Assembly: GCA_965223795.1 (NCBI GenBank)
Contig: CBDCXL010000002.1
Location: forward strand, 2,432,001-2,496,000
Direction of reading: 5' to 3'
Source of the DNA: Nitrospinales bacterium
GTDB taxonomy: Bacteria > Nitrospinota > Nitrospinia > Nitrospinales > VA-1
DNA length: 64,000 nt
The notes beneath the pieces are model-generated. The model worked only from the letters and a program-made list of their open reading frames with translations. It ran no database searches and was not told the origin of the DNA. The translations under genes were made by a program, and so were the position numbers. Within the stretch, counting starts at the first letter, position 1, and each line of letters opens with the position of its first letter. Shown here piece after piece: positions 27,415-37,772 of this stretch.

Positions 27415-29139
27415 ATGATGGAAGAAATTCATGCTCTGGCGCCGGTCATCGTGCTGTTGTTGTCCGGCATCGCCGCCCTCACGCTGATGCGGCCGCTGCG
27501 CATGAGCCCCATCGTGGGGTATCTGCTGGCGGGAATTCTCATCGGACCGCACGGCCTGGGTTTGATTGAGGAAAGCGGTACGACCCACCTGCTGGCGGAG
27601 CTGGGGGTGGTGTTTCTGCTGTTCGACATCGGCCTGCATTTCTCCATGCAGCACATCTGGGACGCCCGCCGGGAGATTCTGGGGCTGGGTCCGATTCAGG
27701 TGCTGTTCTGCACGGTGGCGCTGGCGGGGCTGGCTCTGCTGTTCGGCTTCGAGCCAGGGGTGGCCCTGCTCATCGGCACGAGTCTCGCGCTGTCCTCGAC
27801 GGCGGTGGTGTTCCAGGTGCTGGCGGGCTACAACCAGAGCCAGTGCCCGGTGGGTTCGGGCGCCATATCGGTGCTCATCTTTCAGGACATCTGCGCCATC
27901 TTCCTTCTGATCTTCGCCGGTTCCTACGGCGAGGGCAGCGCCTCTCTCGGCGCCACGCTGGGAACCGCGGCGCTGAAGGCGCTGGGGGCGTTTCTGCTGG
28001 CCATCCTGATCGCGCATTTTTTCGCGACGCCGGTGTTCAGGATGCTGGCGAAAAACAAGGACGAGGAGATCTTCACCGCGGCGGCGCTGCTGATGGTGCT
28101 GGCGACGGCGGCCGCGACCGGGGGGATCGGGCTGTCCCTCACGCTGGGGGCGTTTCTGGGCGGCATGATCATCGCCGAGACGCCGTACCGGCACATCATC
28201 AAGACGGAGGTGAAACCGTTCCGCGGCCTGCTTCTGGGATTTTTTTTCATCACCGTGGGCATGGGGCTCAACACGCACACGCTGCTCGCGTCCTGGTGGC
28301 AGGTGCTGCTGATCGTCGCGCTGATGCTGTCGGTGAAAATCCTGTTCGTGTTTTTCGCCGCGCTGGCGCTGCGCTCCCCGACGCGCACGTCGCTGCAGCT
28401 GGGCTTTCTGCTCTCCCAGGGCAGCGAGTTCGCGTTTGTTGTTTTTTCGGTGCCGGGGGTCGCGCAGGCCCTGGGGGCGGACCTGGCTTCGGTGCTGATC
28501 AGTGCGGTGGCGCTCAGCATGGCGCTGACGCCGCCGCTGGCCGAGTTCGGCCACCGTTTCGCCGACCGCATCGCGCTCAAAAAAGCCGAGGCGCGTGTTG
28601 CCGAAGCGCGGCAGGAGACCGGCGAGGACCGCAATGTCATCGTTCTGGGGATGGGGCCCATCGGCCGCACCGTCGCCGATGCGCTGGAAGCGCACGAAAT
28701 CTCCTACCTGGCGGTGGAGATGCGCCACGACCGCTTCATCCAGGCCAACACCGACGGCTATCCGGTGGTGTTCGGCGACCTCGCCGACTTGAGGCTGATG
28801 GAAACCGTCGAAATGGCGCACGCCGACACGCTGGTGATCACCGAGCCGAGGCTGGAGGTCGCGAAAGAAGTGGCCCCGATCGCCAAGCAGCGCTACCCCA
28901 ACCTCAGGCGGCTGGTTTCGGTGAAGGATGAGGAACGGGCGCGGCCCTTCCGCGAGCTGTCGCTGGACCCGGTGATCGACCGCAGTTTCCCGCCGGGGCT
29001 CGATCTTTCGGTGGCCGTCCTGATGGCGCAGAACGTCTCCGATGAGAAGATCCAGAAATGGATGCAGCGCCAGCAGGCGCGCGCCCTGGATGAGAAAGCC
29101 GAGCTGGAGCCGTTCGCCTTTTCCTTCCAGAAAGCCTGA
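27415..29139 (+). CDS. CPA2 cation:proton antiporter (KefB/C-like) with TrkA-N/KTN domain
   Basis: 'LAELGVVFLLFDIGL', 'ALSSTAVV', 'LIFQD', 'LSQGSEFAFV'; KTN 'VLGMGPIG', 'VVFGD'. Confidence 0.93.
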   Translation: MMEEIHALAPVIVLLLSGIAALTLMRPLRMSPIVGYLLAGILIGPHGLGLIEESGTTHLLAELGVVFLLFDIGLHFSMQHIWDARREILGLGPIQVLFCTVALAGLALLFGFEPGVALLIGTSLALSSTAVVFQVLAGYNQSQCPVGSGAISVLIFQDICAIFLLIFAGSYGEGSASLGATLGTAALKALGAFLLAILIAHFFATPVFRMLAKNKDEEIFTAAALLMVLATAAATGGIGLSLTLGAFLGGMIIAETPYRHIIKTEVKPFRGLLLGFFFITVGMGLNTHTLLASWWQVLLIVALMLSVKILFVFFAALALRSPTRTSLQLGFLLSQGSEFAFVVFSVPGVAQALGADLASVLISAVALSMALTPPLAEFGHRFADRIALKKAEARVAEARQETGEDRNVIVLGMGPIGRTVADALEAHEISYLAVEMRHDRFIQANTDGYPVVFGDLADLRLMETVEMAHADTLVITEPRLEVAKEVAPIAKQRYPNLRRLVSVKDEERARPFRELSLDPVIDRSFPPGLDLSVAVLMAQNVSDEKIQKWMQRQQARALDEKAELEPFAFSFQKA

Positions 29140-29338
29140 TCGCCCCCTGTGGCGGCGTCATCCCAATTTTGTCAGACAGCACTGTCAAAAAAAAGCAAGT
29201 GTGCACAAATTGGTACAGGTGACGGGGTGGCCGGAATGCGGTAAACCTTTGGTAACTTGTTGATTTGTATGTGGTATTCCATTTGGCATGATGTTGGCAC
29301 CTTTGAGGGTGACTGCCAACTTCAGAAGGATGGAAACC

Positions 29339-29563
29339 ATGAAATGCGAATACTGGTTTATGAATCTGGCCCAGGAGGACAGCGAAATCGACGCCAATTT
29401 CACCATCAAGACGCTGATGGAAGCAGGCTGGGAATTTGTGGCCAACGGCGGTGAAGACAGCGGCGAAGTGCTGATATTCAAGAAAAAAGTGGACCGTCCC
29501 AACGCTCTGGAAGAGGATCTCAATGTGGGATCGATCAACGAGATGGGCCAGCCCCTGGTCTGA
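29339..29563 (+). CDS. Small hypothetical protein (DUF4177-like 'GWEFV' motif)
   Basis: 'K.EY...LMEAGWEFV........LIFKK'; coding-like codon usage. Confidence 0.6.
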   Translation: MKCEYWFMNLAQEDSEIDANFTIKTLMEAGWEFVANGGEDSGEVLIFKKKVDRPNALEEDLNVGSINEMGQPLV

Positions 29564-29742
29564 TACCCGATTTTTCCGGATTGCGTGCTTTTTTTACGCG
29601 ATCCGTTGTTCCTGCTGACTGTCCGCTGTTTCGGCTTTGCGTGTGTGTGCAAAGCTTTCCCTTATGCTTCTCTTTTGAACTCCCGTTTGGATCGACGCCG
29701 GTTTTTGCGCCCGCCTGTTTCAATGAAAACAGGCACGGGCAT

Positions 29743-31446
29743 TCACCCCGTATCGCGGGCTGAAGCGTCCGGTTTGCGCCGCTCCGTGACCGGCTGCTCT
29801 TCGTATTTGAAACCCTCCTCGATGATTCTTTGAATTCCCTGTTCCAGCCAGCGGGTCAGGTTCTCATGCGGGGCCAGACCATCACGGTTCATCTCATACG
29901 TCAGTCCCTCGAAAAATTCGTCGTAGCGGCCGCTGCCGTAGAGGCGGTTGGAGATGATGAGCGTGCGCCCGGTTTCGCTGCCTTCCTGAATGAGCGCGCG
30001 GATGTTCTTGAGCGCCTGCTCGCGTTTGTCCGGCCAGTCTTCCCGGACTGTCAGCCCCCGGATGTCCTTGAACGGGACTTCGGTGTTTTTTTGAATGTAG
30101 TCCGCGTGTATCTGCATGATGGTTTTCCACTCGGCGTCCTTTTTGTCATCGCGCGATCCGTGCGCGATGAGCAGAACGCGTTCCCACGCAGGGTCGCGGC
30201 TTACGGCCATCACACGTTCCCGCAGGATCTCGCAGATCAGCGCATCCTCTTCATAGCCGCCGAATGTGGCGAACACCGCTCCGGAGCGCACCTGGGGCGG
30301 AGGCTCGGCTCCCCCTCTCTGGCGCGGGGGGTGGGGCGTCGATCCCAGTATGTAATCGACCTGTCCCCTGAACTGATCCTTGAGGGAATACATACGCACC
30401 ACGACGACCTTGCGGATGCCTTCCCGCTCCAGCGTCTGGACCGCGTCCTGCAGCGTCCAGGCATCGGCCATGCCGTAAGCCATCTCTACGCGGTAATGCC
30501 GCTTGAGAGGCGCGATGACTTTTTCCACAGCGTCGTTGTAGGGTTTTTGCGCTCCATGCGGCATGATGACCACGCCCACCTGCTGCGGGGTTGTTGCGAC
30601 ATAAAGGTTGGCGGTTTTTCTCATCCAGTGCATGACGTTTGGATGCTGCAGAATCTCTTCGGAAGCGAAGGTCAGATCGTGGTCTTTGAATTTGTTCGCA
30701 AGCCAGTGGGTCAGAGACATGCGGTGAGAAAATTTGGGGCCGAGCGCAAAGGGGATCAGGATCGTATTTCCTTTTTTGGCGGCTGACTCGATGATCCGCC
30801 GGTCGGTCTCCTCGTTTTTCTGCTTGCGCAGTTTTTCCTCGGCGCCGTAGTTGTAATACAGCATCACTTCAGCTTTGCGGAACGGCAGCCGGTCTGTGGC
30901 GTATTGCAAAATGGGTTGCAGCTCCTTGCCGATGGCTTTTTCGGAGGCTGCGTCCATCGGACCCATTGCGAGTAAAATCAGCCGTTCTTTTTCAGGTTCG
31001 CGGCTCCATTGCCGGACCCGGTCGAGAAAAATCTGCGCGGTCAGATAACTGGCGGCCATCGGCTTTGCCCATTGCACTACGGGCTTGAATGCTTTTTTCG
31101 CCGCGACCAGCCCCCGCGCCACATCCAGAGCAGGATTGGAGGCGGTCAAATAAAGCGGAACGGCGACCACCCGCTCGACGTTCATGCCTGCCAGCCGGTT
31201 CATGGCTGCTTCGAAATAGGGCGCGTAATCGCGGTCGGGCCCCCCGTAGCCCCGGCCCACGTAAGCAAGAGCGGCCGGGTAGTGGCGGGCGAATTCCGCG
31301 AACAAGGCGTCCACTTCACGGTTGCCCAGAAAGCCCCGGTCCGGCGCAACGACCAGGAATCCGGTTTTTGCAGGGGGGGCGGCAAATGAGGCACCGGTCC
31401 AGGAGAGCAGGACAGCCAGCATGGTGAGAAGAAAGGTCTTTTTCAT
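29743..31446 (-). CDS. Exported CbiX/class II chelatase-fold protein with duplicated architecture
   Basis: Signal peptide; 'VVAVPLYL', 'VVIMPHGA', 'AYGMAD...LQDAV..LE..G', 'LLIAHGS'. Confidence 0.8.
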   Translation of the reverse strand: MKKTFLLTMLAVLLSWTGASFAAPPAKTGFLVVAPDRGFLGNREVDALFAEFARHYPAALAYVGRGYGGPDRDYAPYFEAAMNRLAGMNVERVVAVPLYLTASNPALDVARGLVAAKKAFKPVVQWAKPMAASYLTAQIFLDRVRQWSREPEKERLILLAMGPMDAASEKAIGKELQPILQYATDRLPFRKAEVMLYYNYGAEEKLRKQKNEETDRRIIESAAKKGNTILIPFALGPKFSHRMSLTHWLANKFKDHDLTFASEEILQHPNVMHWMRKTANLYVATTPQQVGVVIMPHGAQKPYNDAVEKVIAPLKRHYRVEMAYGMADAWTLQDAVQTLEREGIRKVVVVRMYSLKDQFRGQVDYILGSTPHPPRQRGGAEPPPQVRSGAVFATFGGYEEDALICEILRERVMAVSRDPAWERVLLIAHGSRDDKKDAEWKTIMQIHADYIQKNTEVPFKDIRGLTVREDWPDKREQALKNIRALIQEGSETGRTLIISNRLYGSGRYDEFFEGLTYEMNRDGLAPHENLTRWLEQGIQRIIEEGFKYEEQPVTERRKPDASARDTG

Positions 31447-31613
31447 TGGAAACCTCTAAAAATCAGGCGTGTTCGAGTTCCCTCCGATATCGGGGCCAGA
31501 TTCTGTTCCTGCTCCCTTCAGGGAAAGCGAGCCGAAACCGGGCCCGTCCATGCTCGGACACGGCAGGCCCCGGGTGGAAGAGGGGGAGGTGCGGGGGGCT
31601 TTTTTAAATGAAC

Positions 31614-31630
31614 TTGATTGTCATTTTCAA
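31614..31630. promoter_or_regulatory. Putative Fur-family operator upstream of the CbiX-like gene
   Basis: Imperfect palindrome TTGATTGTCATTTTCAA resembling the TTGAAAATnATTTTCAA Fur-type box. Confidence 0.4.
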
Positions 31631-31954
31631 AAACTAGCACATTCTCTGCTTTTGTCAAACCTTTTTCATTTTCCCGGGCGGACGGCACCCCGCTTCAAAG
31701 GTTGCTCCCGGCTTCCAGGTTTGAGACCGGCGTGCGCGCGCCCGAGTGTTTTTTTGCTGACGCTGTCGCCCGGTTTGCGGGAGCCTGTGCGCATCAGCGC
31801 GGGTATATTCTTTATTTTTGACTTGAAGGCGGCAGGGATCGAACAACCTTAAATGCAAAAAACGGAACCGGTTCCCGTTTTTTGTTCACAAGTGACTTGA
31901 AGGGTTATGCGAAGCGCAAGGCGGCAAAGGCCGTCCTCACTTTCCTGAATTCTC

Positions 31955-31963
31955 TGGTATAAT
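31955..31963 (+). promoter_or_regulatory. Extended -10 promoter of glnS
   Basis: TGGTATAAT (TGnTATAAT), 43 nt upstream of the ATG. Confidence 0.6.
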
Positions 31964-32006
31964 CCCTCCATTCACAGCCCTTTCAACTCCATTTCTCCAC
32001 ACAGCC

Positions 32007-33704
32007 ATGAACGACGAGACTCCGACCGCCGAGAGCGAGACGACCCACTTCATCAGCAACCTCATCGATGAAGACTTAAAGACGAACAAATACGACGGCC
32101 GGGTCCACACCCGGTTTCCGCCGGAGCCGAACGGGTTTCTGCACATCGGCCACGCCAAGTCCATCTGCCTCAATTTCGGGCTGGCGCAGAAGTACGGCGG
32201 GGTCTGCAACCTGCGTTTCGACGACACCAATCCGATCAAGGAAGAGGAAAAGTACATCGAGTCGATCCAGCAGGACGTCAAGTGGCTGGGCTTCGACTGG
32301 GGCGAAAAACCGTTTTACGCTTCCGACTACTTTGATCAGCTGTACGACTACGCGGTGCAGCTCATCCAAGACGGCCTGGCCTACGTGGACGATCTCAACG
32401 CGGACGAGATCCGCGAGCACCGCGGCACGCTGAGCGAGCCGGGCAAGGACAGTCCCTACCGCAACCGCGGCGTCGAGGAAAACCGGGACCTGTTCGAACG
32501 CATGCGGGCCGGGGAATTCGCCGAAGGGGAGAAGGTGTTGAGAGCGAAGATCGACATGGCCTCGGGCAATCTCAACCTGCGCGATCCGGTGCTGTACCGC
32601 ATCCTCAAGGTGGCGCATGTGCGCACCGGGGACAAGTGGAACATCTACCCGATGTACGACTGGGCGCATGGCCAGTCCGACTCGATCGAGCGCATCACCC
32701 ATTCGATCTGCACGCTGGAGTTCGAAGACCACCGGCCGCTGTACGACTGGTTTCTGGAAAAACTCAACATCTACCGGCCGCGGCAGATCGAATTCGCGCG
32801 GCTGAACCTCACCTACACGATGCTGAGCAAGCGCAAGCTCATCCAGCTGGTCAACGAGGGCCATGTGGACGGCTGGGACGACCCGCGCATGCCGACGGTG
32901 GCCGGGCTCAGGCGCCGCGGCTACACGCCCGAAGCGATCCGTGAGTTCTGCGAGCGCATCGGCGTCGCCAAGAGCAACAGCACGGTGGACCTGGCGCTCT
33001 TGGAATACTGCATCCGCGAGGACATGAACAAAAAGGCGATGCGCGTGATGGCGGTGCTGAACCCGCTCAAGCTCGTGATCGACAACTACCCGGAAGGGCA
33101 GGTCGAGGAGCTGGAAGCGGAGAACAACCCGGAGGATGCGGGCATGGGCTCGCGCACAATGCCGTTTTCCAAAACGCTGTACATCGAGCGCGAGGACTTC
33201 ATGGAAGACCCGCCGAAAAAATACTTCCGCCTCGCTCCCGGCAAGGAAGTGCGGCTCAAGCACGCTTTCATCATCAAGTGCGAAAACGTGGTGAAGGACG
33301 ATAACGGCGAGGTGGTGGCCGTGCATTGCAGCTACGACCCCGAGACCCGCAGCGGCCAGGCGCCGGCGGGGAAAAAGATCAAGGGCACGCTGCACTGGGT
33401 GTCGGCCCAGCACGCGAAAACCGCCGAGGTCAGGCTCTACGACACACTGTTCACCAAAGAAAACCCGTCCGATGAGAAGGAATGTCCGGAGCTCACCTCC
33501 TGCCTCAATCCGGATTCGCTCAAGCTGCTCAAAGACTGCAAGATCGAGCCGGGCCTCGCCGCTGCGAAGCCGGGGGAGCGGTTTCAGTTTCTGCGCATGG
33601 GCTACTTCTGCGCCGACGCCACCTCGCAGGCGGACGCGCCCGTGTTCAACCGCACCGTGACCCTGCGCGACACCTGGGCGAAGATACAGAAAAAGGGCGG
33701 ATGA
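32007..33704 (+). CDS. glnS: Glutamine--tRNA ligase
   Basis: '[19 protein letters not shown]', 'RFDDTNP', '[10 protein letters not shown]', 'MLSKR', '[10 protein letters not shown]', 'FQFLRMGYF'. Confidence 0.97.
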   Translation: MNDETPTAESETTHFISNLIDEDLKTNKYDGRVHTRFPPEPNGFLHIGHAKSICLNFGLAQKYGGVCNLRFDDTNPIKEEEKYIESIQQDVKWLGFDWGEKPFYASDYFDQLYDYAVQLIQDGLAYVDDLNADEIREHRGTLSEPGKDSPYRNRGVEENRDLFERMRAGEFAEGEKVLRAKIDMASGNLNLRDPVLYRILKVAHVRTGDKWNIYPMYDWAHGQSDSIERITHSICTLEFEDHRPLYDWFLEKLNIYRPRQIEFARLNLTYTMLSKRKLIQLVNEGHVDGWDDPRMPTVAGLRRRGYTPEAIREFCERIGVAKSNSTVDLALLEYCIREDMNKKAMRVMAVLNPLKLVIDNYPEGQVEELEAENNPEDAGMGSRTMPFSKTLYIEREDFMEDPPKKYFRLAPGKEVRLKHAFIIKCENVVKDDNGEVVAVHCSYDPETRSGQAPAGKKIKGTLHWVSAQHAKTAEVRLYDTLFTKENPSDEKECPELTSCLNPDSLKLLKDCKIEPGLAAAKPGERFQFLRMGYFCADATSQADAPVFNRTVTLRDTWAKIQKKGG

Positions 33705-33811
33705 TTGGATACAACGTACGCGTAAAGAACCCTCCTATGACTTTCGATCACAAAATATTTTAATAAATCGGGACATCTGGAAAATTTTCATTTCGTAACA
33801 GGAGATCGAGG

Positions 33812-34546
33812 ATGAAGAAGTTGGTGCTTTTAATGGGAGTGCTCATGGTATCTGGAACGGTTCACGCTGGCAGCGGAACGCAGTGGGATTATTCTGGCGC
33901 GGAAGGGCCTGAAAACTGGGGCAAACTCAGCCCGGAATTCACCGCCTGTTCGCGGGGAAAGAATCAGTCTCCGATTAACCTGAGCGCTTTCGTTGAAGCC
34001 GATCTAAAGTCTATTGGAATTCACTATCAGTCTGGTGGAACGGAGGTTGTCAATAACGGCCACACGTTGCAATTGAACTATGCCCCCGGAAGTGAGATCT
34101 CCATAAATGGTCGCAAGTTTGAACTCAAGCAGTATCATTTTCACGCCCCGAGCGAGAATCACATCAATGGGAAATCCTATCCATTGGAAGCGCATCTTGT
34201 GCATGCGGATGAGGATGGAAACCTTGCTGTCATCGCTGTGATGTTTGAAGAAGGAAAACCGAACGAATCCCTCGCCAAAACCTGGGCTGAAATTCCCGAC
34301 AAGGCCAACGACAAACACAAACTGTCCTCCCGTGTCACGGCTGAGGGTATTCTGCCTTCCGACAGAGACTACTACCGTTTCAACGGATCCCTCACCACGC
34401 CCCCCTGTTCCGAAGGCGTCGTGTGGCTCGTCATGAAGAAGCCCGTGACTGCGTCGAAAGATCAAATGGAGAAACTCATCCGGGTGATGCCGAAGCCGAA
34501 TAACCGTCCGCTGCAGGCGATAAATGCGCGTCCGGTTTTGCAATGA
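33812..34546 (+). CDS. cah: Exported alpha-class carbonic anhydrase
   Basis: Signal peptide; 'GPENWG', 'NQSPIN', zinc ligands 'QYHFH..SE' and 'EAHLVH', 'GSLTTPPCSEGV', 'NNRPLQ'. Confidence 0.96.
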   Translation: MKKLVLLMGVLMVSGTVHAGSGTQWDYSGAEGPENWGKLSPEFTACSRGKNQSPINLSAFVEADLKSIGIHYQSGGTEVVNNGHTLQLNYAPGSEISINGRKFELKQYHFHAPSENHINGKSYPLEAHLVHADEDGNLAVIAVMFEEGKPNESLAKTWAEIPDKANDKHKLSSRVTAEGILPSDRDYYRFNGSLTTPPCSEGVVWLVMKKPVTASKDQMEKLIRVMPKPNNRPLQAINARPVLQ

Positions 34547-34552
34547 GACCCT

Positions 34553-35614
34553 TTATCCAAACAACTTCATCTGCTTTTCATCGGCGTTGACGAAATGTTC
34601 GGTGGTCAGTTCCGGGCCCGGTCCGTCCAGCCCCGCCTTGCGGGCGGCCACGTCGAACATGTTTTCGATCTGCTCGGCAAAGACCCCCTCTCCGCGCATG
34701 CGCGACCCGAAGTTCGGGTCGTTCAGCTTGCCGCCGCGCAGAGCCTGTATGCGGTGCAGCACTTTGGTTTTTTTGTCCGGGTAATGCGTTTGAAGCCAGT
34801 CTGAAAAAAGATCCTTCACGCCGTAGGGCAGCCTGAGCACGGTGAAGCCCGCGGTTTCGGCTCCGGCTTCGGCGGCGGCATTCAGAATGTTCGGCAGCTC
34901 GTGGTCGGTGAGCGCCGGGATCACCGGGGCGGTCATGACGCCCACCGGGATGCCGGCCCGCTTCAGCGTTTTGAGGGCCGCCAGCCGTTGCGCGGGCAGC
35001 GAGGCGCGCGGCTCCATGTTGCGCGACAGCTCGGGATCGAGGGTGGTGATGGAGACGAACACCGCCACGCAGTTGAACTCGGCAAGCTGGGTCAGCAGGT
35101 CGAGGTCGCGGGTGACCAACTGGTTTTTGGTGATGATGCCGACCGGGTTGCGGAAGCGGAGCAGCACTTTCAGGCATTCGCGCGTGAGGCGCCATTTCTT
35201 CTCGCCCGGCTGGTAGACGTCGGTGATGCCGCTCAGGCCGATCGCCTGCGGTTTCCAGCGCGGGGCGCTCAGCTCCTGCTCCAGCAGCGACGGGGCGTTT
35301 TCCTTCACCAGGATTTTGGTCTCGAAATCCAGCCCGGCGGACAGCTCGAAATACTCGTGCGTCGGCCGGGCGTAGCAGTAGACGCAACCGTGCTCGCAGC
35401 CGCGGTAGGGGTTGAGGCCCACTTCTAGGCCCACATCGGGGCTGTCGTTGCGGGTCAGGATGCTGCGGCTGGAATCGGTGATGAAGACGGTTTCGAGGCG
35501 GGCGGGGGGCGGCGCGTCGTCCTCGGCGATGCGTTCGCTGGGTTTGAAGCGGTTGGCCGGATTGCCGGCGGCGCCGCGGGCTTTCGGTCGTGGATTCTGG
35601 CGAGAATGGCTCAT
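34553..35614 (-). CDS. PA0069/Rv2578c-family radical SAM protein (spore photoproduct lyase-like)
   Basis: 'NPYRGCEHGCVYCYARPTHEY..LSAGLDFETKI', 'TDVYQP.E', 'MEPRAS'. Confidence 0.93.
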   Translation of the reverse strand: MSHSRQNPRPKARGAAGNPANRFKPSERIAEDDAPPPARLETVFITDSSRSILTRNDSPDVGLEVGLNPYRGCEHGCVYCYARPTHEYFELSAGLDFETKILVKENAPSLLEQELSAPRWKPQAIGLSGITDVYQPGEKKWRLTRECLKVLLRFRNPVGIITKNQLVTRDLDLLTQLAEFNCVAVFVSITTLDPELSRNMEPRASLPAQRLAALKTLKRAGIPVGVMTAPVIPALTDHELPNILNAAAEAGAETAGFTVLRLPYGVKDLFSDWLQTHYPDKKTKVLHRIQALRGGKLNDPNFGSRMRGEGVFAEQIENMFDVAARKAGLDGPGPELTTEHFVNADEKQMKLFG

Positions 35615-35798
35615 GTCCGGGCTCCTATTTTCGCTATATTTTCGCTTTTTGGGCCGGGCTTGTAAAGCAGAATTTAGCGAAACCGGAATCCCGCACCTGC
35701 CAGGCGGCTGGATGGAGATCGCGTGTATCCAGAGGGGGTTGTAATGGAAAACTTTAAGCGGATGTCGCGGAGTGAAGGGGAGCGTTCTGGCAGGCGGA

Positions 35799-36437
35799 TC
35801 AGAATCCCGCCACTCCGGTGACGGTGTCGGTGATGAGGCCCAGCGGGTCCTGCAGGAATCCCAGAGGATTGGTGTCTTCGGCGTTCTCTTCGATTTTAGG
35901 GTCGCCGCTGTGGATCTTGTAGACCACCTTCTGATTCTTCATGACGATGAAACCGACGAAGATCCATCCGCGCTTGCGGGTCTTGCGGTTGAACCGCAGA
36001 ACATCGAGGATGATGTTGCCGTGGCGCTCCTTGTCGATTTTTTTCGCCGAAACGACATAGCCGTTGCAGAAGTCCTTCGCGTCCAGGCAATCCGCCAGTT
36101 CCGGGTCGAGATCTTTTTTGGTGATCGACGGATTGGGCATGAATTTTTCGATCATTTCCAGGTAGGTGAGGACCTTGATGTTGGGCGTGTCGTAGGGATT
36201 GTAGCCCATTTTGTGGAGTTCCTGTTCGGAGGTGCGGTGCAGCTCGATGGCGTTGAAGGCGTTTTCCGCGTCCTCATAGGACTCCCACTGGGATTTATTA
36301 TTTTCGTTGGTTTTGGGCAGAAACCAGTGCGAGCATCCGGCGGCACTCAGAGTCAGGCAGGCCAGTATGATGGAAACCCCTGTTTTTTTTAAGGTAACCA
36401 ATTGCTTCCACCTTTCGAGGACGCATTGCGCAAACAA
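35799..36437 (-). CDS. Hypothetical lipoprotein; tandem paralogue 2
   Basis: Lipobox 'AAGC'; extensive identity to 36496-37110. Start uncertain. Confidence 0.85.
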   Translation of the reverse strand: MFAQCVLERWKQLVTLKKTGVSIILACLTLSAAGCSHWFLPKTNENNKSQWESYEDAENAFNAIELHRTSEQELHKMGYNPYDTPNIKVLTYLEMIEKFMPNPSITKKDLDPELADCLDAKDFCNGYVVSAKKIDKERHGNIILDVLRFNRKTRKRGWIFVGFIVMKNQKVVYKIHSGDPKIEENAEDTNPLGFLQDPLGLITDTVTGVAGF

Positions 36438-36495
36438 CTCCTATTATAGGATAACCGAAGTGATCCTGTTTGCCTTATGAATTTTTTAAGGTGCG

Positions 36496-37110
36496 CTAGA
36501 AAAGCAGTCCGGTGGTGGCGTTGGAAAGATCGGAGAGGATGGATTCCGGTTCCTGCAGAAATCCCAAAGGATTGAAATTTGCCTGGTTTTCCTCGACGTT
36601 GGGCCGGCCGCTCCAGATTTTATAGACCACCACGTCGTGCTTGAGCGCCAGAAATCCCTTGAATTCCCAGCCGGTCTTGCGTGTTTTGCGCTGAAAACGC
36701 AGGATGTCGAGGACGAAGTTGCCGTGCCGCTGGGAATGGATGCGCCGCACGGCCAGGCTGTACGCCTTGCAGCCCTTTTTGACTTTGAGGCAGTCGGCCA
36801 GTTCCTCGTCGAGGTCCTCCTTGGTGAAGCTCTGGTTGGGCATGATGGAGCTGATGATTTCCAGGTGGGTGAGGATGCGGATGTTGGGCGTGTTGAAGGG
36901 GTCGTAGCCCATTTTGTGCAGTTCCTCGACGCGCGTGCGGTGCGGGACGATGGCTTCGAAGGCGTTTTTGGCGTCCTCGAAAGTCTCCCAGGAGGACTTC
37001 ATGTTTTCCTTGGCGGTGGGAAGCATCGTCGCGCAGCCGGAAGCGAGCAGGGCCGCCCAGACGGTGCACGTCAACTTGAATGAGAGACTCACGGGAAAGG
37101 AAAGAAGCAA
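36496..37110 (-). CDS. Hypothetical lipoprotein; tandem paralogue 1
   Basis: Lipobox 'ASGC'; shares 'ELHKMGY.P..TPNI', 'ELADCL', 'RHGN', 'NPLGFLQ' with its neighbour. Confidence 0.85.
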   Translation of the reverse strand: MLLSFPVSLSFKLTCTVWAALLASGCATMLPTAKENMKSSWETFEDAKNAFEAIVPHRTRVEELHKMGYDPFNTPNIRILTHLEIISSIMPNQSFTKEDLDEELADCLKVKKGCKAYSLAVRRIHSQRHGNFVLDILRFQRKTRKTGWEFKGFLALKHDVVVYKIWSGRPNVEENQANFNPLGFLQEPESILSDLSNATTGLLF

Positions 37111-37270
37111 AGCGCTGCCTCAATCAGCGTGATTCGATGGAATTTCAGGATCAGCCGATGATAACAGACCGGATGCGGTCTGACTTTATTATTTCACAAA
37201 AAATATGAACAAATGCCGGGTAAGTTCAGGCGTGCTTGCGAAATGAGGGCGAAGTGCGCGGTTCAAACCA

Positions 37271-37762
37271 TCACACGCTGCCGGGGGTTGCGGGCCGGGT
37301 GAGGGGCCATTCGCGCGTCAGGACAGGCGGCTTTGCAGGGTCGAGGTAGGCTTTGACGACGATTATCCCCTTCGCGTCGTCGGACTGCACGACCAGCTGC
37401 TTTTTCAAATCGGGATTGGATTGGCGCGGCACCAGGGCCACGTTTTTGGGGATGATGGGAGCGCGGATCGAGCGCGCCTGTTCCAGCTCGTAGGGATCGG
37501 CCGTGTTCTCGGAAGGCGGCCATTCGGCGGTGCCGAATGCGGAAAACATCCAGTTCACAAACTCGGACGGCCTGCCGTCCGGGTACAGGACCCAGAACGA
37601 AGAACGCTGAAGCTGTTTTTTGGCCGAGAGATAACGCACCACATGCGCCGCCCGGTCCAGTTCCGGCGGCGCCGAATTCCCGCACGACGCGATGAAAAAA
37701 GCCAGCAGGCAGGCGATGAAACAGCGCGGGTTTCGTTTTAAGCTTAAGGCAATGACGTTCAA
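37271..37762 (-). CDS. Hypothetical lipoprotein
   Basis: TTG start after AGGAG; lipobox 'IASC'. Confidence 0.75.
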   Translation of the reverse strand: MNVIALSLKRNPRCFIACLLAFFIASCGNSAPPELDRAAHVVRYLSAKKQLQRSSFWVLYPDGRPSEFVNWMFSAFGTAEWPPSENTADPYELEQARSIRAPIIPKNVALVPRQSNPDLKKQLVVQSDDAKGIIVVKAYLDPAKPPVLTREWPLTRPATPGSV

Positions 37763-37772
37763 AGCCGCTCTC

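Noticed and set aside
31450..31860. Cobalamin riboswitch upstream of the CbiX-like gene
   Set aside because: I could not find the conserved B12-box or core elements by eye; an Rfam scan would settle it.
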